DNA from: Rhodobacter capsulatus SB 1003
GTDB lineage: Bacteria > Pseudomonadota > Alphaproteobacteria > Rhodobacterales > Rhodobacteraceae
Assembly: GCF_000021865.1 (NCBI RefSeq)
Contig: NC_014034.1
Coordinates: 750,001-782,000 of the forward strand
Direction: 5' to 3'
DNA length: 32,000 bases
Position numbers and translations under genes: made by a program. Under the pieces are notes generated by a model. It worked only from the letters and a program-made list of their open reading frames with translations, did no database searches and was not told where the DNA came from. Of this stretch, positions 1 through 8,378 are shown piece by piece (position 1 is the first letter of the stretch; the number at the start of each line of letters is the position of its first letter).

Positions 1-1
1 G

Positions 2-877
2 ATGGCCAAGGTGATCACCGATCAGGGCGGCGAGATGCGCCTGAACACCGAGGTCGACGAGATCCTGGTCTCGCGTGACGGCAAGGCCACGGGCATCCGG
101 CTGATGGACGGCACCGAGCTTCCGGCGCAGGTTGTCGTCTCGAACGCCGATGCGGGCCACACCTACAAGCGTCTCTTGCGCAACCGCGACCGCTGGCGCT
201 GGACCGACGAGAAGCTCGACAAGAAGCGCTGGTCGATGGGGCTTTTCGTCTGGTATTTCGGCACCAAGGGTACGGCCAAGATGTGGAAGGATGTGGGTCA
301 CCACACCGTCGTCGTCGGGCCGCGCTACAAGGAACATGTGCAGGACATCTTCATCAAGGGCGAGCTGGCCGAGGACATGAGCCTTTATGTCCACCGTCCC
401 TCGGTCACTGATCCGACCGCGGCGCCGAAAGGCGACGACACCTTCTACGTGCTTTCGCCGGTGCCGAACCTCGGCTTCGACAATGGCGTGGACTGGTCGG
501 TCGAGGCCGAGAAATACAAGGCCAAGGTGCTGAAAGTGATCGAGGAACGGCTGCTTCCGGGGGTTGCCGAAAAGATCACCGAGGAAGTGGTCTTCACGCC
601 GGAAACCTTCCGCGACCGTTATCTCTCGCCGCTGGGCGCGGGCTTCTCGCTGGAACCGCGGATCCTGCAATCGGCCTGGTTCCGCCCGCATAACGCCTCG
701 GAAGAGGTGGACGGGCTTTATCTGGTCGGCGCGGGCACCCATCCGGGCGCCGGTGTGCCCTCGGTGATCGGCTCGGGCGAGCTTGTCGCGCAGATGATCC
801 CGGATGCGCCGAAGCCCGAGACCCCCGCGGCGGCTGCGCCCAAGGCCCGGACGCCCCGGGCCAAGGCGGCGCAATGA
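2..877 (+). CDS. crtI: Phytoene desaturase CrtI, C-terminal ~291 aa; the 5' end lies upstream of the window
   Basis: The frame is open to the window edge. The C-terminal FAD-desaturase motifs are present (YVHRPSVTDPTAAPKGDDTFYVLSPVPNLG; LYLVGAGTHPGAGVPSVIGSG). The stop overlaps the crtB start as ATGA at 874-877. Synteny is crtI-crtB-tspO. Confidence 0.93.
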   Translation: MAKVITDQGGEMRLNTEVDEILVSRDGKATGIRLMDGTELPAQVVVSNADAGHTYKRLLRNRDRWRWTDEKLDKKRWSMGLFVWYFGTKGTAKMWKDVGHHTVVVGPRYKEHVQDIFIKGELAEDMSLYVHRPSVTDPTAAPKGDDTFYVLSPVPNLGFDNGVDWSVEAEKYKAKVLKVIEERLLPGVAEKITEEVVFTPETFRDRYLSPLGAGFSLEPRILQSAWFRPHNASEEVDGLYLVGAGTHPGAGVPSVIGSGELVAQMIPDAPKPETPAAAAPKARTPRAKAAQ

Positions 878-1893
878 TCGCCGAAGCGGATATGGAGGTC
901 TGCCGGGAGCTGATCCGCACCGGCAGCTACTCCTTCCATGCGGCGTCCAGAGTTCTGCCGGCGCGGGTCCGTGACCCCGCGCTGGCGCTTTACGCCTTTT
1001 GCCGCGTCGCCGATGACGAAGTCGACGAGGTTGGCGCGCCGCGCGACAAGGCTGCGGCGGTTTTGAAACTTGGCGACCGGCTGGAGGACATCTATGCCGG
1101 TCGTCCGCGCAATGCGCCCTCGGATCGGGCTTTCGCGGCGGTGGTCGAGGAATTCGAGATGCCGCGCGAATTGCCCGAGGCGCTGCTGGAGGGCTTCGCC
1201 TGGGATGCCGAGGGGCGGTGGTATCACACGCTTTCGGACGTGCAGGCCTATTCGGCGCGGGTGGCGGCCGCCGTCGGCGCGATGATGTGCGTGCTGATGC
1301 GGGTGCGCAACCCCGATGCGCTGGCGCGGGCCTGCGATCTCGGTCTTGCCATGCAGATGTCGAACATCGCCCGCGACGTGGGCGAGGATGCCCGGGCGGG
1401 GCGGCTTTTCCTGCCGACCGACTGGATGGTCGAGGAGGGGATCGATCCGCAGGCGTTCCTGGCCGATCCGCAGCCCACCAAGGGCATCCGCCGGGTCACC
1501 GAGCGGTTGCTGAACCGCGCCGACCGGCTTTACTGGCGGGCGGCGACGGGGGTGCGGCTTTTGCCCTTTGACTGCCGACCGGGGATCATGGCCGCGGGCA
1601 AGATCTATGCCGCGATCGGGGCCGAGGTGGCGAAGGCGAAATACGACAACATCACCCGGCGTGCCCACACGACCAAGGGCCGCAAGCTGTGGCTGGTGGC
1701 GAATTCCGCGATGTCGGCGACGGCGACCTCGATGCTGCCGCTCTCGCCGCGGGTGCATGCCAAGCCCGAGCCCGAAGTGGCGCATCTGGTCGATGCCGCC
1801 GCGCATCGCAACCTGCATCCCGAACGGTCCGAGGTGCTGATCTCGGCGCTGATGGCGCTGAAGGCGCGCGACCGCGGCCTGGCGATGGATTGA
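874..1893 (+). CDS. crtB: Phytoene synthase CrtB (339 aa)
   Basis: Squalene/phytoene synthase family with Asp-rich motifs (FCRVADDEVD; NIARDVGEDARAGRLFLP). The ATG is coupled to the crtI stop. High GC3 coding pattern. Confidence 0.95.
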   Translation: MIAEADMEVCRELIRTGSYSFHAASRVLPARVRDPALALYAFCRVADDEVDEVGAPRDKAAAVLKLGDRLEDIYAGRPRNAPSDRAFAAVVEEFEMPRELPEALLEGFAWDAEGRWYHTLSDVQAYSARVAAAVGAMMCVLMRVRNPDALARACDLGLAMQMSNIARDVGEDARAGRLFLPTDWMVEEGIDPQAFLADPQPTKGIRRVTERLLNRADRLYWRAATGVRLLPFDCRPGIMAAGKIYAAIGAEVAKAKYDNITRRAHTTKGRKLWLVANSAMSATATSMLPLSPRVHAKPEPEVAHLVDAAAHRNLHPERSEVLISALMALKARDRGLAMD

Positions 1894-1932
1894 GGCCGCG
1901 ACGGTTCGTCACTGGACGTGCGCGCGCCCCGG

Positions 1933-1957
1933 GTCCACAACGGGGCGTGTCCACAAC
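1933..1957 (+). repeat. Tandem direct repeat GTCCACAAC x2 with a 16-bp period, just upstream of the tspO RBS; candidate regulator site
   Basis: Exact 9-mers at 1933-1941 and 1949-1957, each followed by (c)gg. They lie in the 72-nt crtB-tspO spacer and end 1 nt before the GGAGG at 1959-1963. Confidence 0.3.
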
Positions 1958-1965
1958 CGGAGGCC

Positions 1966-2451
1966 ATGATGAGCCTGACTCTCTTTGCCGTCTATTTCGT
2001 CGCCTGCGCCTGCGCGGGCGCGACCGGAGCGATCTTCAGCCCCGGCGCATGGTATGACAGCCTGAAGAAACCGAGCTGGGTGCCGCCGAACTGGCTGTTT
2101 CCCGTCGCCTGGTCCACGCTTTACATCCTGATGTCGATTTCGGCGGCGCGGGTATCCGGGCTGGCGATGGAAAACGAACTGGCCGTGCTGGGTCTGGCCT
2201 TCTGGGCGGTGCAGATCGCGGTCAACACGCTTTGGACGCCGATCTTCTTCGGCCTGCACCGGCTGGCGGGCGGGATGCTGGTTCTGGTGCTTTTGTGGCT
2301 GAGCGTCTTTGCCACCTGCGTCCTGTTCTGGAGCGTCGACTGGCTCTCGGGGCTGATGTTCGTGCCCTATGTGATCTGGGTGACGGTGGCCGGGGCGCTG
2401 AATTTCAGCGTCTGGCGGCTCAATCCGGGCGAAAAGCCGATCACGCTTTGA
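1966..2451 (+). CDS. tspO: Tryptophan-rich sensory protein TspO (CrtK), about 161 aa
   Basis: Five-TM Trp-rich protein with the TspO/MBR signatures KKPSWVPPNWLFPVAWSTLYILM and VPYVIWVTVAGALNF. GGAGG at 1959-1963 precedes ATG ATG at 1966/1969. The ORF-track start at 1918 is probably an over-extension. Confidence 0.9.
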   Translation: MMSLTLFAVYFVACACAGATGAIFSPGAWYDSLKKPSWVPPNWLFPVAWSTLYILMSISAARVSGLAMENELAVLGLAFWAVQIAVNTLWTPIFFGLHRLAGGMLVLVLLWLSVFATCVLFWSVDWLSGLMFVPYVIWVTVAGALNFSVWRLNPGEKPITL

Positions 2452-2467
2452 TCTGCTGATCCTGGTG

Positions 2468-2491
2468 TGACCGAGGCCATCGCCTCGGTCA
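2468..2491 (+). terminator. Hairpin after tspO: perfect 10-bp stem tgaccgaggc/gcctcggtca with loop catc
   Basis: Read directly from the sequence, 17 nt after the tspO stop. There is no U-tract, so intrinsic-terminator function is uncertain. Confidence 0.45.
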
Positions 2492-2513
2492 TGCGCAACC
2501 TTTCCCCGGGGCC

Positions 2514-2680
2514 GCCGAGGGCCCAAAGGCACTCGGCCAGCGCCCGCCCCGCCCATGGCGGGCGCTTCTCGCCCGCCGGGACGGGCGCTGGCCTCTGTTG
2601 TGCTTGGGGAGGCGGTCTTGCGGATGCGTCGCGCGGCGGGCGGGGAAAAGCGGTGCTTTTCCTGATCCGCCCGAAACGGA
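2514..2680 (+). repeat. Structured GC-rich intergenic element, copy 1 (paired with 22468-22637)
   Basis: Colinear, same-orientation similarity to 22468-22637 with long exact blocks (aggcactcggccagcgcccgccccgccc; cgggcgctggcctctgttg; gcgggcggggaaa; ccgcccgaaac). It contains nested GC stems. It fills the tspO/crtC convergent gap. Confidence 0.7.
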
Positions 2681-2685
2681 CGATT

Positions 2686-3531
2686 TCAGTCCTTGTGCTT
2701 CCACCCGGCCCGGCGCGGCACCCGCACGGCCAGCATCGGCTTCAGCACCGGCTGGCGGAACCGCACCAGATCGAGCGCCTCGTGCATGCCCACCGTTTCC
2801 TCGCCGTCGATCTGCGTGCGCATCAGCGCGCGGGAATAGAAGGGCGCCTCCAGCAGCGAATAGACCCCGGCCGGATGCGCCCCCGCATCGCAGCGCGTTT
2901 CACGCCGCACGAACCAGGGCGTGCGCTTCATCTTCACCAGGGGCGGAGGGCTGTCGATCTCGCAGACCGACCCGTCCGGGTTGATCTGCACGGCGAGCGC
3001 CACCTTGGTCCGGTCCAACCGCGTCGCATCGTAAAAACAGACCGTTCGATCCTTCAGCGGGAACCGCCCCCAGGTCCAGAACGAGAAGTCTTCCTCCAGC
3101 GCGCGGGTGCCGAAATTGGCGTCGAAATAGCCGTGTCCGGTCCATTTGTGCCCGGGCGCCAGATCGACCTCGACATCGGCGATGGGCGCGAAAGGCCGCC
3201 AGGTGTGGCCCGCATCCGGCGTCAGCCGCACCTCGACCCCGGTCACCGCGCGCGGCGTCAGCACGACCCGGCCCTTGAGCTTGCCCAGCTTCGGCAAAGC
3301 CCCCCATTCGTCAACGTCGATCACCAGCTCCTTGCCGGTCCAGGTCAGCTTCGACGGCCCGACCTGAAAGCTGTCGCGCGACTGCCGCAGCGCAGACCGG
3401 CCCCGGTCGGTCATCGTGAAGCGCCCATCAGTGCCGGTCGTCACCATGTTGATGCAGCAGTGATTTTGCGGCTCGCGACGACCCGACCAGCGATACCACG
3501 GGCTGAAGACCGAGCCGATGAAGGCGATCAT
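2686..3531 (-). CDS. crtC: Hydroxyneurosporene synthase / acyclic carotenoid 1,2-hydratase CrtC; 281 aa from the only in-frame ATG, true N-terminus uncertain
   Basis: Starts MIAFIGSVFSPWYRWSGRR. Synteny is crtD-crtC, convergent with tspO. The frame stays open upstream and encodes a CrtC-like block (GYAWWYCDGISDDG) that has no start codon; see findings. Confidence 0.85.
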   Translation of the reverse strand: MIAFIGSVFSPWYRWSGRREPQNHCCINMVTTGTDGRFTMTDRGRSALRQSRDSFQVGPSKLTWTGKELVIDVDEWGALPKLGKLKGRVVLTPRAVTGVEVRLTPDAGHTWRPFAPIADVEVDLAPGHKWTGHGYFDANFGTRALEEDFSFWTWGRFPLKDRTVCFYDATRLDRTKVALAVQINPDGSVCEIDSPPPLVKMKRTPWFVRRETRCDAGAHPAGVYSLLEAPFYSRALMRTQIDGEETVGMHEALDLVRFRQPVLKPMLAVRVPRRAGWKHKD

Positions 3532-3596
3532 CGAGAAGGCCTTTTCGCCGTCGTCGGAGATGCCGTCGCAATACCACCAGGCGTAGCCGTTCGGCC

Positions 3597-5081
3597 CTAC
3601 TTCGCGGCGGAAATCCGGTCCGCCAGCAAGGCCCGTGCTGCATGCGTCCCGGAAGTCAGCGCCATGGGCACCCCGGCACCCGGGTGCGTTCCCCCACCCG
3701 CCAGATAAAGCCCCTTGAGCCCCGTCCGCGCCAGAGGCCGCCGGAAGGTCGCCAGCGTCCCCTCCGGCGAGCCGCCGTAGATCGCCCCCAGCGAGCCCGG
3801 GAACCGCCGCGACAGCAGCGCCGGCGTCGTCAGCGCCCGGGTTTCCGGGTCCGGGCTGAAGGTCAGTCCCATCGCGGCGAGCATCGGGAAGGTGCGTGCC
3901 CTGCATTGTGCCTCCTCCTGAGGAAAGGGTTGATGGCCTGCCGGGCCGTTCATGATGATTTCAAAGCGTTCGATTTCCGGCACCGGGGCCTGCATCTCGC
4001 GGTCCTGCGCACAGATGTAAAGCGTCGGTTCCTCGGGCATCTCGCCCGCGCCGATGGGCCCGAATTCCAGCTCCGGATCGGCGGTGAAGAAGACGTTGTG
4101 ATGCGCGAGGTCAACGCCGATCGGGGTGGCGCCAAAGGCCCAGACCCAGGCGGAAAGACTGGGGGCGGGGCGGGGCGATTTCTCCATCGAGGCGCGGGCG
4201 GCATCGCCCAGAAGCCCGTCGCGCAACGCCCCCGGATCGCCGTTGAAGATGCAGGCGCCGCAGGGGATCGAGACGCCGGTCTCGATCTCGACCGCGGTGA
4301 CCCGGCCTTCCTTGCGCACGATGCGCTTGGCCTTGGCGCCGTAATGGAACCGCACGCCCTTCGCCTCGGCCACCCGGGCCAGCGCGGCGGCAACGCCATG
4401 CATCCCCTCGCGGATCGCCCAGACGCCCTGAACCTCGGCCTGCCAGATCAGCGAGAGCACCGCGGGCGTCGCCCCCGGACGGCCGCCGACATAGGTCGCA
4501 TAGCGGCCGAAGAGCTGCGCCAGCCGCGGATCCTTGAAGTGATGGGCGAGCAGGTCGCGCATCGTCAGCCCGGGGCGCAGCGCGGGCCAAAGCTGCGGCC
4601 GCGTCACCGTGGCCGCGGCGATTCGCCAAAGATCCGGCTTCGGCGCCGCGATCACCGAGCGGTGGAACGCCTCCCACAGCCCCGTCGTCAGGTGATCGAA
4701 GCGGCGGAATGCCGCAGCTTCCTTGTCGCCCGCAAAGGCCCGGATCGCCTCGATATTGGCTTCGGTGTCGGTGAACAGATCGAGGCTGGAGCCGTCGGGC
4801 CAGAAATGCCGGGCGAGTCGGGGCAGGGGGATCAGCGTCAGATGTTCCTCGGCCCGGGTGCCGCAGGCGGCAAAGAGCGCGTCCAGAACATGCCGCATCG
4901 TCAAGACCGTGGGCCCCGTATCCGCAGGCCCGCCGGGGGTCGGAACCGCCCGCGCCTTGCCGCCCGGGGCATCGCCCGCCTCAACCACCGTGACCCGAAG
5001 GCCCGCCGCCGCCGCACCGATGGCGGCCGCAAGGCCCCCCATTCCGGCGCCGATCACCACGACGTCCGTTTCACTCCGCAT
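3597..5081 (-). CDS. crtD: Methoxyneurosporene / hydroxyneurosporene desaturase CrtD (494 aa)
   Basis: N-terminal FAD fold (DVVVIGAGMGGLAAA) and a CrtI-family C-terminus (LYLAGGGTHPGAGVPMALTSG). The ATG at 5081 is preceded by GGGAG. The GTG at 5096 in the ORF track is probably an over-extension. Confidence 0.93.
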   Translation of the reverse strand: MRSETDVVVIGAGMGGLAAAIGAAAAGLRVTVVEAGDAPGGKARAVPTPGGPADTGPTVLTMRHVLDALFAACGTRAEEHLTLIPLPRLARHFWPDGSSLDLFTDTEANIEAIRAFAGDKEAAAFRRFDHLTTGLWEAFHRSVIAAPKPDLWRIAAATVTRPQLWPALRPGLTMRDLLAHHFKDPRLAQLFGRYATYVGGRPGATPAVLSLIWQAEVQGVWAIREGMHGVAAALARVAEAKGVRFHYGAKAKRIVRKEGRVTAVEIETGVSIPCGACIFNGDPGALRDGLLGDAARASMEKSPRPAPSLSAWVWAFGATPIGVDLAHHNVFFTADPELEFGPIGAGEMPEEPTLYICAQDREMQAPVPEIERFEIIMNGPAGHQPFPQEEAQCRARTFPMLAAMGLTFSPDPETRALTTPALLSRRFPGSLGAIYGGSPEGTLATFRRPLARTGLKGLYLAGGGTHPGAGVPMALTSGTHAARALLADRISAAK

Positions 5082-5148
5082 CGCTCGCTCCCGCACGCAC
5101 CGCCGTCCGCACCCCCCCGGGAGTGCAATTTTGTCCCATATTCTTGGG

Positions 5149-5166
5149 TGTAAGTTTCAGTTTACA
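5149..5166. promoter_or_regulatory. TGT-N12-ACA palindrome (CrtJ/PpsR-type operator) in the divergent crtD/crtE promoter region
   Basis: TGTAAGTTTCAGTTTACA read directly from the sequence. It lies in the 136-nt crtD-crtE intergenic region. This motif class is the established aerobic-repressor site of Rhodobacter photosynthesis genes. Confidence 0.75.
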
Positions 5167-5217
5167 CAGGTAGGTGCGAATGCCAATGTGCGTCGTGACG
5201 CAGCGGAGGGCTCTGTC

Positions 5218-6087
5218 ATGTCTCTGGATAAACGTATCGAGTCGGCGCTGGTCAAGGCGCTGTCACCCGAGGCTTTGGGTGAATCTCCGCCGTTGCTTGC
5301 CGCCGCGCTGCCTTACGGGGTGTTTCCCGGCGGCGCGCGGATCCGGCCGACGATCCTTGTCTCGGTCGCGCTCGCCTGTGGCGACGATTGCCCGGCGGTC
5401 ACCGATGCCGCGGCCGTGGCGCTGGAGCTGATGCATTGCGCGAGCCTCGTGCATGACGATCTGCCCGCCTTCGACAATGCCGACATCCGGCGCGGCAAGC
5501 CGAGCCTTCACAAGGCCTATAATGAACCGCTTGCGGTTCTGGCGGGCGACAGCCTGCTGATCCGCGGCTTCGAAGTGCTGGCCGATGTCGGCGCCGTCAA
5601 CCCGGACCGGGCGCTGAAGCTGATCTCGAAACTGGGTCAGCTGTCGGGGGCGCGCGGCGGGATCTGCGCCGGTCAGGCCTGGGAAAGCGAATCCAAGGTC
5701 GATCTGGCCGCCTATCATCAGGCGAAGACCGGGGCGCTGTTCATTGCCGCGACCCAGATGGGGGCGATTGCGGCGGGCTACGAGGCCGAACCCTGGTTCG
5801 ATCTGGGCATGCGGATCGGCTCGGCCTTCCAGATCGCCGACGACCTGAAAGACGCGCTGATGTCGGCCGAGGCAATGGGCAAGCCCGCCGGGCAGGACAT
5901 CGCGAACGAACGCCCGAATGCGGTCAAGACGATGGGCATCGAGGGCGCGCGCAAACATCTGCAAGATGTGCTGGCGGGGGCGATCGCCTCGATCCCGTCC
6001 TGCCCCGGTGAGGCGAAGCTGGCCCAGATGGTGCAGCTTTACGCCCACAAGATCATGGACATCCCGGCCAGCGCCGAGAGGGGCTGA
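5218..6087 (+). CDS. crtE: Geranylgeranyl diphosphate synthase CrtE (289 aa)
   Basis: Polyprenyl synthase motifs ([20 protein letters not shown]; FQIADDLKD). GGAGGG at 5205-5210 precedes the ATG at 5218. The ORF-track extension back to 4723 is antisense to crtD. Confidence 0.95.
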
Positions 6088-6089
6088 TC

Positions 6090-7271
6090 GTGCCGAAGGA
6101 CGACCACACGGGCGCGACGGCCGACCGGACCGCGCAGCCGACAGGAACGGGAAAGCAGCCGCTGGTTCCGGGCCAGCCCGGGGCGGCGCCGGTGCAGCCG
6201 GGGCGGGTGAATTTCTTCACCCGGATCGCGCTGTCGCAACGGCTGCATGAAATCTTCGAACGCCTGCCGCTGATGAACCGCGTCACCCGGCGCGAGGGCG
6301 AGGCGCTCTTCGACATCGTTTCGGGCTTCGTGCAAAGCCAGGTTCTCTTGGCGATCGTCGAATTCCGGGTGCTGCATATTCTGGCCGGGGCCTCTTGGCC
6401 CTTGCCGCAACTGGCCGAACGCACCGGCCTGGCCGAGGACCGGCTGGCGGTGCTGATGCAGGCCGCCGCCGCCTTGAAGCTGGTGAAATTCCGCCGCGGT
6501 CTGTGGCAGCTTGCCCCGCGTGGCGCCGCCTTCATCACCGTGCCAGGGCTCGAGGCGATGGTGCGCCATCACCCCGTCCTTTACCGCGATCTGGCCGATC
6601 CGGTGGCTTTTCTGAAAGGCGACATCGAACCCGAGCTGGCGGGCTTCTGGCCCTATGTCTTCGGGCCGCTGGCGCAGGAAGATGCGGGGCTCGCCGAGCG
6701 CTATTCGCAGCTGATGGCCGACAGCCAGCGCGTCGTGGCCGATGACACCTTGCGGCTTGTCGATCTGCGCGATGCCAAGCGGGTGATGGATGTGGGCGGC
6801 GGCACCGGGGCCTTCCTGCGCGTCGTGGCCAAGCTTTACCCCGAGCTGCCCTTGACGCTGTTCGACCTGCCGCATGTGCTGTCGGTGGCGGACCGCTTCA
6901 GCCCGAAGCTCGATTTCGCGCCGGGCAGCTTCCGCGACGATCCGATCCCGCAGGGCGCCGATGTCATCACTTTGGTGCGCGTGCTGTATGACCATCCTGA
7001 CAGCGTCGTCGAACCGCTTCTGGCCAAGGTGCATGCCGCCTTGCCGCCGGGCGGGCGTCTGATCATCTCGGAGGCGATGGCGGGGGGCGCAAAACCCGAC
7101 CGTGCCTGCGATGTCTATTTCGCCTTCTACACGATGGCGATGAGTTCGGGGCGCACGCGTTCCCCCGAAGAGATCAAGCAAATGCTTGAAAAAGCTGGGT
7201 TCACCAAGGTGTCGAAACCGCGGACCCTGCGCCCCTTCATCACCTCGGTGATCGAGGCCGAACGCGGCTGA
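6090..7271 (+). CDS. crtF: Hydroxyneurosporene O-methyltransferase CrtF (393 aa, GTG start)
   Basis: Class I SAM-methyltransferase motif [11 protein letters not shown] with an O-methyltransferase dimerisation-like N-terminal part. The GTG lies 2 nt after the crtE stop. Confidence 0.92.
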
Positions 7272-7338
7272 CACGGCTGCGTTCGGACCCGGCTTTGACC
7301 CGGGGGTCAGAAAGTCGCACATCCGTCTGTCGCAAAAG

Positions 7339-7356
7339 TGTCTAATCAAATTGACA
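7339..7356. promoter_or_regulatory. TGT-N12-ACA palindrome 1 of the bchC promoter; overlaps a perfect TTGACA -35 hexamer at 7351-7356
   Basis: TGTCTAATCAAATTGACA read directly from the sequence, 78 nt upstream of the bchC ATG. Confidence 0.85.
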
Positions 7357-7364
7357 GTCGGGCG

Positions 7365-7382
7365 TGTAAGTTCAATGATACA
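7365..7382. promoter_or_regulatory. TGT-N12-ACA palindrome 2 of the bchC promoter; covers the probable -10 region
   Basis: TGTAAGTTCAATGATACA read directly from the sequence. It starts 8 bp after palindrome 1. AATGAT at 7374-7379 lies 17 nt after the TTGACA. Confidence 0.85.
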
Positions 7383-7433
7383 CACAGGCGTGATCAGCCC
7401 GACTCTCCGGCCCGATCATACCGGGAGCAAGAA

Positions 7434-8378
7434 ATGGAAACGCAAGTCGTCATAATGTCCGGGCCCAAGGCCATCTCGACGGGCATCGCCGGTCTGACCG
7501 ACCCCGGGCCGGGGGACCTCGTCGTGGATATCGCCTATTCCGGCATTTCGACTGGCACCGAGAAATTGTTCTGGCTCGGCACCATGCCACCCTTCCCGGG
7601 CATGGGATATCCGCTTGTTCCCGGCTACGAAAGCTTCGGAGAGGTCGTTCAAGCCGCCCCCGACACCGGCTTCCGACCGGGCGATCACGTCTTCATTCCC
7701 GGCGCCAACTGCTTCACCGGCGGGTTGCGCGGGCTGTTCGGCGGGGCGTCGAAGCGCCTTGTCACGGCCGCCTCGCGCGTTTGTCGGCTGGATCCCGCCA
7801 TCGGCCCCGAGGGCGCGCTTCTGGCCCTTGCCGCCACCGCGCGGCATGCGCTGGCCGGGTTTGACAATGCTCTGCCGGATCTGATCGTCGGCCACGGCAC
7901 CCTCGGGCGCCTTCTGGCCCGTCTGACCCTGGCTGCCGGTGGCAAGCCGCCGATGGTCTGGGAAACCAATCCTGCCCGTCGCACGGGCGCGGTCGGCTAC
8001 GAGGTTCTGGACCCCGAAGCCGATCCCCGGCGCGACTACAAGGCCATCTATGACGCCTCGGGCGCGCCCGGTCTGATCGACCAGCTCGTCGGGCGTCTGG
8101 GCAAGGGCGGGGAACTGGTGCTGTGCGGCTTCTATACGGTGCCGGTCAGCTTCGCCTTTGTTCCCGCCTTCATGAAGGAAATGCGCCTGCGCATCGCCGC
8201 CGAATGGCAGCCGGCCGACCTTTCGGCCACGCGCGCGCTGATCGAAAGCGGGGCGCTCTCGCTGGATGGTCTCATCACGCATCGTCGCCCCGCGGCGGAG
8301 GCGGCCGAGGCCTATCAGACCGCTTTCGAAGACCCTGACTGCCTGAAGATGATCCTTGACTGGAAAGATGCAAAATAA
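7434..8378 (+). CDS. bchC: Bacteriochlorophyllide a dehydrogenase BchC (314 aa)
   Basis: Zn-dependent alcohol dehydrogenase-like fold ([13 protein letters not shown]; [12 protein letters not shown]). GGGAG at 7423-7427 precedes the ATG at 7434. The ORF-track start at 7338 lies inside the promoter palindromes. Confidence 0.95.

Noticed and set aside
2489-2704. Two small ORFs with similar peptides (2489..2704 minus and 22478..22663 minus), and similar plus-strand N-termini of 2467..3708 and 22473..23597.
   Set aside because: The similarity comes from the DNA-level repeat element. Indels of 1-2 nt between the copies shift the frame, so no reading frame is conserved end to end. They are treated as non-coding.
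3532-3906. The full 406-aa crtC ORF starting at 3906.
   Set aside because: It would overlap the crtD coding region by 310 nt, and the first ~95 residues are Gly/Ala/Asp-rich with no protein-like character. I kept the conservative 3531 start and flagged the unresolved N-terminus as a finding.
4723-5217. 5' over-extensions in the ORF track: crtE from 4723, bchZ from 10573, pufQ from 12284, pufB from 12677, pufL from 13203, dxs from 15376, gpx from 19848, the TspO-like gene from 19327 and the FAD oxidoreductase from 28558.
   Set aside because: The extensions run through upstream genes or promoter DNA and lack an RBS. Internal ATGs with good Shine-Dalgarno spacing, or stop/start coupling, reproduce the known or family-typical N-termini.
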